Position numbers and translations under genes: made by a program
Shown here: one piece after another, positions 27,566 through 34,364 of the stretch
Position numbering within the stretch: position 1 is the first letter of the stretch
How the letters are laid out: the number at the start of each line of letters is the position of its first letter
Source of the DNA: Oscillospiraceae bacterium
GTDB lineage: Bacteria; Bacillota; Clostridia; Oscillospirales; CAG-272
Reading direction: 5' to 3'
Length of the DNA stretch: 64,000 nucleotides
NCBI GenBank assembly: GCA_015064185.1
Contig: SVSS01000003.1
Location: 111,791 to 175,790 of the forward strand
Notes under the pieces: model-generated
Database searches by the model: none
Told to the model about the DNA's origin: nothing
What the model saw: only the letters and a program-made list of their open reading frames with translations

Positions 27566-28269
27566 ATGGTGGTGATAAGGTGAAAAACTTTGTAGGTTTT
27601 ACCTCAAACGGTGAATATTCCGTTGGTTGCACAGGGCAAACGGTATATTTATATGACAAAGGTGGCAAGGAGCTTGCAAAATTCAAGGATTTGAGATATG
27701 CTTATTCTCCTATGATTTCACCTGACGGAAAAATTCTCGTTATAAAGTCAACGGAAGGTAGGCTTGCGGTTTATTCGCTTGAATCTCACACACTTGTAAA
27801 AAAATTCCGCTTCTCAAAGGTTGACGGTTCGCAGGATGATAATTTCTGCTTTTCACCCGATAGCAAGGAATTTTATAATATTGAGCGACACATTGACAGC
27901 TGTAAAACTGCTCTTTCAATATACGATACATCAGATTTTTCTTTGAAAAAGAAAATTCTGCATGATGATTTCATCCTTGTTCTGACAGCAGTCGAGTATG
28001 ATACCGAAGAAAACAAGGTATTTCTGTTAGGGTATATGCGAGAGTCTGAAAGTGGGGTTGCGTATAAATTTTTTGTGGGAGAACTTGTAAAAAACAGCCT
28101 ACAAAGCATTGTGTACATAAGTCAAAAAGAGCACGACTTTTATTTGGATTGTAAAAGCTTTGAAATTCATTCTTTTGCAGTTACAGATTGCTATACCCCT
28201 GACGAGATAGGTAGAATCAAAAACGCCAAGCACTCATTGGCGAAACTATGGAAATACTATTCAAAATAA
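27562..28269 (+). CDS. Hypothetical protein with beta-propeller-like (PD40/WD40-like) repeats
   Basis: Repeated blade-like strings SPDGKILVIKSTEGRLAVYSL and FSPDSKEFYNIE. Translationally coupled to the upstream ORF. AT-rich codon usage. Confidence 0.55.
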   Translation: MNGGDKVKNFVGFTSNGEYSVGCTGQTVYLYDKGGKELAKFKDLRYAYSPMISPDGKILVIKSTEGRLAVYSLESHTLVKKFRFSKVDGSQDDNFCFSPDSKEFYNIERHIDSCKTALSIYDTSDFSLKKKILHDDFILVLTAVEYDTEENKVFLLGYMRESESGVAYKFFVGELVKNSLQSIVYISQKEHDFYLDCKSFEIHSFAVTDCYTPDEIGRIKNAKHSLAKLWKYYSK

Positions 28270-28302
28270 TTGGCATCTATTAAGGATGCACAACACAAAA
28301 AA

Positions 28303-28336
28303 GAAAACACCCCCTCGTGGGGTGTTTTCTTTTTTG
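28303..28336. terminator. Bidirectional intrinsic terminator after cassette-1 cargo
   Basis: gaaaacacccc-ctcg-tggggtgttttc flanked by A and T runs. Confidence 0.65.
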
Positions 28337-28499
28337 TCCACGGGGCTTGCGTTTTGAACCCTGCGGCGTGCCATTACTGTGGAAGCTGTAAGCATAATGC
28401 CGCCGCAGAGAAGGTTGCCGTTTTTGCAAAGCAAAATGGTCGGCGGTGCCGACAAGGCAACCTTTAAACGTGCGAGCGAAGCGAGCAAAGTGGGGCAAC

Positions 28500-28550
28500 A
28501 TCCCACCCCCGCAACCAAAGACTTGTTGAAAAACGAGTCTTCTTTTTTTC
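28500..28550 (+). repeat. Direct copy of the tRNA-Met 3' end (20 nt) plus its own terminator hairpin
   Basis: atcccacccccgcaaccaaa is identical to 26666-26685. It is followed by the hairpin gacttgt/acgagtc and a T run. Confidence 0.8.
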
Positions 28551-28735
28551 CCTTTGGCAAAAATGGTGCTGGGGTGAGGTTTGAGCCTCACGAGCTACGC
28601 TCTATGACCTGAGCATTCAAGCCCTACGGGCACAGAATGCCGTCGGGGTCTATGCTTGCCGTCTAAGGCGGCAACATACTGCGTCATTTTGCGTGTCCGA
28701 CCGCAAAATAGCAGATAACCCATTCCCAGCTTTTT

Positions 28736-28786
28736 TCAAATCCCACTCCCGCAACCAAAAAGAAAAGTCGCGCAAGCGGCTTTTTT
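28736..28786 (+). repeat. Second direct copy of the tRNA-Met 3' end (26 nt, 1 mismatch) plus terminator-like hairpin
   Basis: tcaaatcccacTcccgcaaccaaaaa compared with 26662-26687. It is followed by gtcgc-gcaa-gcggc and a T run. Confidence 0.8.
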
Positions 28787-28788
28787 GT

Positions 28789-28880
28789 ACTTTTCACTAT
28801 TCTCTTTTCACTCTTCACTTTTCTCTTACTCTCCCGCGCGACTTTTCCGGAGAAGAGATAAGAAGAGAGAAAAGAAAAGG
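28789..28880. repeat. Imperfect palindrome built from heptamer repeats (copy 2)
   Basis: ttttcac/tattctc/ttttcac/tcttcac/ttttctc, centre cgcgcgacttttc, then a purine-rich right arm ggagaagagataagaagagagaaaagaaaagg. Confidence 0.7.
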
Positions 28881-28882
28881 TA

Positions 28883-28907
28883 GCTTTTCTCCCTTTGGTC
28901 GAAAAGC
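28883..28907. repeat. Short hairpin, degenerate family copy 2
   Basis: gcttttc...gaaaagc in the same position relative to the palindrome and promoter as copy 1. Confidence 0.6.
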
Positions 28908-28908
28908 A

Positions 28909-28936
28909 TTGATTTTTAGTTAAAATGTGATATAAT
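28909..28936 (+). promoter_or_regulatory. Promoter of cassette 2 (extended -10)
   Basis: TTGATT, 16-nt spacer ending in TGa, TATAAT. Confidence 0.5.
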
Positions 28937-28959
28937 GATTTCAAAGAGAGGTGAAGACA

Positions 28960-29118
28960 ATGAATAGCCCCTTACTTGAAAAATTAATGGATTTCGCAAC
29001 GCAAATTGTGCTTTTCTACGAAGAATTTTCAAAGAGTAAAAAGGATACGACGATCGCAAAGCAATTATTGCGTTCTGCCACAAACGTGGGTGCGAAAACA
29101 AACGAAAACGAAGGTTGA
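28960..29118 (+). pseudogene. Truncated four-helix-bundle ORF (52 codons)
   Basis: MNSPLLEKLMDFATQIVLFYEEF...IAKQLLRSATNVGAKTNENEG stops inside the family core motif (compare QFLRSGTSIGANIREA in the intact copy). Confidence 0.65.
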
Positions 29119-29147
29119 TTTTTTGTTAAGCTGAAAGGATTACACAT

Positions 29148-31247
29148 ATGATTAAATCAATACTAAAGGGGATAAAATCGCCCGATAAAGAATTTTCGCC
29201 TATTCCCTTTTGGTTTTTGAATGATACTTTAACGGATGAGGAAATCGCACGTCAGCTTTGCGATTTTCACGATAAGGGGATTTTTGGAGTAGTGCTCCAT
29301 CCTAGAATCGGTATTCCCGAGTCAACAACCTACCTTTCAGACCAATTTATGCATTTCATAAAGGTTGCCGTACAAACGGCAGCAGGTCTTGGCATGTCGG
29401 TTGTTCTATATGACGAAGCGATGTACCCGTCAGGAAGTGCGCACGGGTTGGTCGTCGCCGAAAACCCAAAATTTGCGGCACAGGCAATTGTTCTGACAGA
29501 GGATTGTACTGAGGGAAAGCTTATTGCAAAATGCAAGAGTGGAAAATATATCGTTCAGGTTAACAGCGGTGGAACGATACGCGGAATTCATTACGGAGAG
29601 GACGACTTTGAGGAAAACGCGCCGCCTGCGGCAGATCTTTTGTCACAGGCATCGGTCGATACCTTTATCATGTTGACCTATCAAAGATATTTTGATGTTG
29701 TTGGCGAGTATTTTGGCAGTACCGTGATTGGTTTCTTTACCGATGAGCCGTCGGTACTCGGTCGTTGCTGCAGAAAAAATTGTTTTCCTTTTACCTGGGA
29801 TTTCGAAATTGATTTTGAAAAAGCAGGCGGAAGGCTCGACGAGCTTGAAGGTCTGTTTACGGGCGAGGAAAACGAAAGCACAATTCTATATCGTAAAATG
29901 ATCTTTCAGCGCGAGCTTGATATTTATTATGAATCGCTCCACCGTTTTTGTGCGGAGCACGGTATCGCCCTTATGGGACACCCTCATTTTGGTGATGATA
30001 TCGAATGTGAGAGGTATTTTGATATCCCCGGACAGGATATGGTATTAAGATGGGTTGCCCCCGAAAAGGATCCGCTTGGCGGCAGGGAAAGCGCGCAGGG
30101 CAAATGCTCCTCGGATGCGGCTCGCATAAGCGGAAAAAGGAGAAATTCCAACGAGTGCTTTGGCGTTTGCGTCAGAAACGATATCCCCTGGTATTTCACG
30201 GGAGCAGATATGAAATGGTATATTGACTATCTCGGAGTTCGTGGAGTAAATATGTTTATCCCACACGCGTTCTATTACAGCGTAAGAGGAAAAAGAAAGG
30301 ATGAAAGACCTCCGGATGTCGGTCCTAACAATATATGGTGGGAGCATTACGGTCAGATTTCCGATTATATAAAGCGCATATCCTATATTATGACCGATTC
30401 CGCAAACGAAGCGCGCGTTGTCGTAATGTGTGAAAACCGCGATATGCGAATAGACAAAGTAAGAGAATTCTATGAGAATCAAGTGGAGTTCAATTATCTG
30501 CCCTACGCTGATTTTCACCCGGATATGGTCCAGGGAAATTCGCTTGTCGTAGGTAAAAATGTCTATACCTATGTATGCTGCGATGACAATGAGCGCGTTC
30601 CCTCCCTGCAAAAAATAGAGGGAATTAAAGATCTCGGATACCGTGATATTTATACAGAAAATCCCTGCCCCACGCTCCGAGTCTCGCGCATTCAAAAAAA
30701 CGGTGTCCGAATGATTTTTCTGACCAACGAGGGTGACACAGATATTGTCACGCAGGCTTCTATCGATGATGCAACCGAGCTTATCTTTATTGATCTTTGG
30801 ACCGGATGCTATTGGAAACAGGAATGTAAGCGATACAACGGAAAAACGCATTTTGATCTTTCGATGAAATATCGCGAGAGCTTACTGTTGATCCTTGATT
30901 GTAATGGGACAGTCGACGCACCCTTACAAAATAAAAAGGAATATGCTTCCGTTGATTTCAGAATGATCCACCACGATGAGACAAAGTATATAAAAACATA
31001 CGCCGGTAGCTTAAATGCGGACAAGGTAAACAATGAAAACTTATGGATATCTGTGGATGCTGAGGAAATGGTCGAATGCTTTGTAAACGGTAATTTCGTA
31101 GGTGTCAGTCTTTGGAACAGGCATGAGTTCAATTTAGCGTCTTATCTCCACAGCGGAGAAAATGAAATTCTTTTAAGAGTAACCGGAAATGCGGCAAACC
31201 GATTTACTAATTATAAGATTCCATACGGCCTTAACAATGATGCCTGA
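29148..31247 (+). CDS. Putative glycoside hydrolase (GH106-like N-terminal region plus C-terminal jelly-roll / sugar-binding-like domain)
   Basis: N-terminal PIPFWFLND...GIFGVVLHPRIG...YLSDQFM...VVLYDEAMYPSG pattern recalled from rhamnosidase-like hydrolases. The C-terminal NGNFVGVSLWNRHEFNL...ENEILLRVTGN is galactose-binding-like. The family assignment is from memory and unverified. Confidence 0.5.
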   Translation: MIKSILKGIKSPDKEFSPIPFWFLNDTLTDEEIARQLCDFHDKGIFGVVLHPRIGIPESTTYLSDQFMHFIKVAVQTAAGLGMSVVLYDEAMYPSGSAHGLVVAENPKFAAQAIVLTEDCTEGKLIAKCKSGKYIVQVNSGGTIRGIHYGEDDFEENAPPAADLLSQASVDTFIMLTYQRYFDVVGEYFGSTVIGFFTDEPSVLGRCCRKNCFPFTWDFEIDFEKAGGRLDELEGLFTGEENESTILYRKMIFQRELDIYYESLHRFCAEHGIALMGHPHFGDDIECERYFDIPGQDMVLRWVAPEKDPLGGRESAQGKCSSDAARISGKRRNSNECFGVCVRNDIPWYFTGADMKWYIDYLGVRGVNMFIPHAFYYSVRGKRKDERPPDVGPNNIWWEHYGQISDYIKRISYIMTDSANEARVVVMCENRDMRIDKVREFYENQVEFNYLPYADFHPDMVQGNSLVVGKNVYTYVCCDDNERVPSLQKIEGIKDLGYRDIYTENPCPTLRVSRIQKNGVRMIFLTNEGDTDIVTQASIDDATELIFIDLWTGCYWKQECKRYNGKTHFDLSMKYRESLLLILDCNGTVDAPLQNKKEYASVDFRMIHHDETKYIKTYAGSLNADKVNNENLWISVDAEEMVECFVNGNFVGVSLWNRHEFNLASYLHSGENEILLRVTGNAANRFTNYKIPYGLNNDA

Positions 31248-31321
31248 TTATAAAAACAAGCGGGGCTTTGATTTCATTGACTTTTTGAGGTTGACATCTA
31301 TTTAGGCTGTACAACACAAAA

Positions 31322-31357
31322 CGAAAAAGCACCCCTTGTGGGTGCTTTTTTCGTTTT
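31322..31357. terminator. Bidirectional intrinsic terminator after cassette-2 cargo
   Basis: gaaaaagcaccc-cttg-tgggtgctttttc, preceded by a conserved 30-nt box shared with 28270-28302. Confidence 0.65.
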
Positions 31358-31373
31358 GCTTGCCCTTGGCAAG

Positions 31374-31393
31374 GCGGGGGTGGGATTTGAACC
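31374..31393 (-). repeat. Inverted copy of the tRNA-Met T-loop/acceptor segment (20 nt)
   Basis: The reverse complement ggttcaaatcccacccccgc is identical to 26659-26678 and then diverges (cttgcca). Confidence 0.75.
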
Positions 31394-31480
31394 ATGCGAA
31401 GGAGGCGCATGGGGCGACCTTTGGTCGCATCAGACCGAGCACGCGATGGTAGCGTTTGGTAATGAACGTGCCGTATTTTA

Positions 31481-32299
31481 TTATTTTGCCTCATCTTTTT
31501 CATTATAGTAATTTCTTGTATCTTCAGCACATTTTTCGATACGTTCCATTATTCCATCTTCGTATATATCAGCATAAAGAAAATCTTTAAGATTTATCTC
31601 CCCTTCGGGGCGCTGGTAGGATTTTTCGGGATCGATGGGGGGATATCTCAGCACAAAATGTACGGAATAGAATGAAATGCCCGATCGATCTAATAATTCC
31701 TTTGTTTTTAACAGTATTTCGGCTGCCTTTTCGTTCGTTACGGTGTCGCTGTCGATATACAGTACGAGCTTTCCGTTTTTAGCTCCCAGCTCGCCTACGT
31801 TATAAAATCTGTCGTTGACAAGCTCACTTCTCTTGATGGCGCCTTCCACCGCTTCCGTACCGACCTCGCGCTCAAATTCCAAGTCACCGTACCCCATAGA
31901 TACGGTGTAAGGATAAGATCGGCTGCCAAGAACGGTATCTACCATTTCACGGTACTCAAAAAACAATCTGTTCGCCACATTTCCGTGTCCCTGAACGCGT
32001 GAGCTGTAATCATCATATCTTAACTTGCCAAACATGGAGATCCGCAATGTAAAATGACCATCCATGCTGCTGGGGGATACGATGTGAGCGTAATATCCGC
32101 CGTCCTTAAAGCTATAGGATACCTCTTCTATCGTATAATCGGTATTAGGATAGGTTGCTTCAAGGTGTTTTTCTGCTGTGTGTCGAGCCACCATTTTTGA
32201 AATGGGATTACCCACAAGCCCATTTGCGAACCAACAAACCCCGACGATCAAAACAATAGCCAAACATAGAGCTGATATTTTTAGAATCCGTTTTTTCAT
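31481..32299 (-). CDS. Membrane-anchored hypothetical protein, third gene of the ECF operon
   Basis: N-terminal TM ISALCLAIVLIVGVCWF. A 4-nt overlap with the anti-sigma gene. No catalytic motif recognised. Confidence 0.55.
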   Translation of the reverse strand: MKKRILKISALCLAIVLIVGVCWFANGLVGNPISKMVARHTAEKHLEATYPNTDYTIEEVSYSFKDGGYYAHIVSPSSMDGHFTLRISMFGKLRYDDYSSRVQGHGNVANRLFFEYREMVDTVLGSRSYPYTVSMGYGDLEFEREVGTEAVEGAIKRSELVNDRFYNVGELGAKNGKLVLYIDSDTVTNEKAAEILLKTKELLDRSGISFYSVHFVLRYPPIDPEKSYQRPEGEINLKDFLYADIYEDGIMERIEKCAEDTRNYYNEKDEAK

Positions 32300-32850
32300 T
32301 TTTTATCCTCCTTCCGAAGGGCGAAATGTAAGAGAAAAGCGATCGTCACTCCGATGAGGACAAAGATGGCATACAACACGGTCCACATAAGCGTATCCGC
32401 AAAGCCTAACTCCACAAGTTGAAAAGCGAATATGGCAAGGTCGATGAAAAGCAACAACACGGGTACTTTATAAACCGCTTTCCATTTGAATACGTAATAT
32501 CCAAAAATGCCAACGACCGGCATAATCAAGCTATTGTACATGAGGTTATTGCCTGCAGTCCACCCGAAGCCAAGGAAAATTAAAAATATGAGCGCGGCAT
32601 AAGCAATAGAATAAAACTGTTTGTTCATACGTTTCATCATTTTCTTGAAAGACTTTGCATCATCAGACATTTGAACAGGCTTTGCTTCGGTCGTTGATAG
32701 CTCCGCGCCCTCTTTCAAATTTACAAGCTCTCTTTGACATTCGTCACAACCTTTCAGATGCTCGTTTATATACTGCGCCGTTTCTGTGCTGACCATGTTT
32801 TCAATGTAAAGTGGGAGCAGGTCCCTTGTTACACTACATTCCGTTTTCAC
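32296..32850 (-). CDS. Anti-sigma factor (zf-HC2 type) with multi-TM C-terminal region
   Basis: N-terminal C...H-x3-C-x2-C pattern (CSVTRDLLPLYIEN...HLKGCDECQ) followed by four hydrophobic segments. Overlaps the sigma gene. Confidence 0.7.
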   Translation of the reverse strand: MKTECSVTRDLLPLYIENMVSTETAQYINEHLKGCDECQRELVNLKEGAELSTTEAKPVQMSDDAKSFKKMMKRMNKQFYSIAYAALIFLIFLGFGWTAGNNLMYNSLIMPVVGIFGYYVFKWKAVYKVPVLLLFIDLAIFAFQLVELGFADTLMWTVLYAIFVLIGVTIAFLLHFALRKEDKK

Positions 32851-33343
32851 CGTTCTTGCCCTCCAATCTTTCTTTAATCATTTTTCGCGCTCGGTGATAG
32901 GTGACGCAAGCCCAATTCTCGGTCTTGCCAAAGATCTCGGCAATTTGCTTGAACGAGAGCTGTGCATACACACGCCACAGAAATACTTCCTTGTATGGCT
33001 CACTAACATTGTGCAAAGCTTTTTGTATTCGCTCGATCTCGTCACGTCGGGCACACTCCTCTGCCACGCTTGGGGCGAGGTCGGGTATCTCCTGCATTTT
33101 GGCTTCGTCAATGTGTTCTGTTCGATTGCTTTTCTTTGTATAGGAATAATAACAGTTTTTTGCTATTTGGCAAAGCCAAACGCGCACGTCACAATCGCCG
33201 CGGAAGCTGTCGATCGATTTCATTGCTTTGAAGAAGGTATCACTTGTTATTTCTTCGGCCATATGTTCGTTTCCCGAAAGCCGCAGAATATACAAGTAAA
33301 CATCGTTAAAATAGGTATTGTACAGCTGCTCAAAATCTGTCAC
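32834..33343 (-). CDS. ECF-type sigma-70 family RNA polymerase sigma factor
   Basis: Region 2 (YNTYFNDVYLYILRLSGNEHMAEEITSDTFFKA) and region 4 HTH (LSFKQIAEIFGKTENWACVTYHRARKMI). GTG start at 33343 with RBS aaggagg at 7-nt spacing. Confidence 0.8.
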   Translation of the reverse strand: MTDFEQLYNTYFNDVYLYILRLSGNEHMAEEITSDTFFKAMKSIDSFRGDCDVRVWLCQIAKNCYYSYTKKSNRTEHIDEAKMQEIPDLAPSVAEECARRDEIERIQKALHNVSEPYKEVFLWRVYAQLSFKQIAEIFGKTENWACVTYHRARKMIKERLEGKNGENGM

Positions 33344-33525
33344 GCCATCACCTCCTTCACTTATAAGACTCCGAAGAAAAGAAAATCTTACAACCTTTTT
33401 TCTTAGTATACCATATTTTGTCTTGCAATGTGTGAATAAGGGTGTTGATTCTTTCGAATATGCACATATTCGGGCTTTTTCGTTTTGCTTCCGCAAACGC
33501 GGGGATCACACTTATGGGGGCACTA

Positions 33526-33554
33526 TTTACAAGATGTGGCGTTTGTGCTATAAT
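33526..33554 (+). promoter_or_regulatory. Candidate sigma-70 promoter
   Basis: TTTACA, 17-nt spacer, TATAAT. Confidence 0.45.
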
Positions 33555-33585
33555 GGTTTTATCAAAGCAAGGATGGTGTAGTGCT

Positions 33586-34140
33586 ATGGAGTTCGGAGAA
33601 AAAACGTTATACCAAGAGGCGCGCTCGGTGATAGCGGAAATTGCAGAAAAGGCAAATTTAAAAAGGGGCAGTATTTTGGTGATCGGTTGCTCGACCAGCG
33701 AGATCGTGGGTGCGAAGATCGGCACCAATTCGGCACCCGCGGTGGCGGCAGAGGTCTTTGGTGCATTTTTGGATTATGCAAAGGAAAATGGCATCTATCT
33801 TGCAGTGCAGTGCTGTGAGCATCTGAACCGTGCCATTGTGATCGAGCGTACGGCAGCCGCCGGGCTTGAGATCGTTAACGCGGTTCCGCAGCCCAAGGCG
33901 GGCGGCTCTATGGCAACGCAGGCGTATGCCATGCTGCAAGACCCTGTTGTGGTAGAAGAAATAAAAGCCGACGCGGGCATAGATATCGGCTTTACGCTCA
34001 TTGGCATGCACCTTAAGCGCGTGGCGGTGCCCGTACGGCTTGAAAGCAATCGCATTGGAGAAGCGACTGTTGTTGCGGCGCGCACGCGCCCCAAGTTTAT
34101 CGGCGGAGTAAGAGCCGTTTACGATGAAACGATGCTGTGA
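33586..34140 (+). CDS. UPF0340 / TIGR01440-family protein (YwlG-like)
   Basis: ILVIGCSTSEI...GIYLAVQCCEHLNRAIV...PKAGGSMA...GMHLK pattern characteristic of this family. Confidence 0.7.
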   Translation: MEFGEKTLYQEARSVIAEIAEKANLKRGSILVIGCSTSEIVGAKIGTNSAPAVAAEVFGAFLDYAKENGIYLAVQCCEHLNRAIVIERTAAAGLEIVNAVPQPKAGGSMATQAYAMLQDPVVVEEIKADAGIDIGFTLIGMHLKRVAVPVRLESNRIGEATVVAARTRPKFIGGVRAVYDETML

Positions 34141-34190
34141 GGTGGATCAGAAAAGGAAAAGCAGGCTTTTACCTGCCGCAAAATAATCTC

Positions 34191-34264
34191 GTAGGGGCGA
34201 TTCACGAATCGCCCGCCTCAAATGGCATAAAAACAAAAACGGGCGATTCGTGAATCGCCCCTAC
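34191..34264. repeat. Pair of REP-like palindromic units in inverted arrangement
   Basis: gtaggggcgattcacgaatcgcccg ... cgggcgattcgtgaatcgcccctac. Each unit is itself a hairpin. A third unit lies at 62492-62527. Confidence 0.85.
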
Positions 34265-34364
34265 AGAAAAGGACGGAGATCTTATACCTTCGTCCTTTTT
34301 TGCACTTGCAAGCGAGGGCGAAAGGTGCTACAATTTAAGTAGTAGATCGATCAAGGAGTGTTTT

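Larger units (their letters stand above)
26684..33480. mobile_element. Putative tRNA-Met-associated genomic island (no integrase present; composite or remnant)
   Basis: By eye the stretch is AT-richer than both flanks. It begins at the tRNA 3' end. The tRNA 3'-end sequence recurs at 28500-28519, 28736-28761 and, inverted, at 31374-31393. Gene content is accessory. The right boundary is approximate. Confidence 0.45.

Noticed and set aside
28335-28440. A complete minus-strand tRNA or tmRNA-like gene around the ggttcaaa segments (also at 31370-31460).
   Set aside because: - I could not build acceptor, D or anticodon arms. Only T-loop and acceptor-like fragments are present.
- I treat them as att-type remnants.
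28270-28467. The 65-aa ORF with CHYCGSC motif as a possible Cys-rich peptide.
   Set aside because: - It has a TTG start without an RBS.
- It reads straight through a strong bidirectional terminator hairpin and the inverted tRNA-like segment.
- It is most likely non-coding.
26721-28880. Heptamer repeat arrays as a CRISPR array or other spacer-repeat locus.
   Set aside because: - The units are 7 nt with no unique spacers.
- They are arranged as two arms of a palindrome.
- No cas genes are present.
26924-29118. Diversity-generating retroelement, because four-helix-bundle proteins include Avd.
   Set aside because: - No reverse transcriptase ORF exists anywhere in the window.
- I could not find a template/variable repeat pair at the 3' end of the neighbouring genes.
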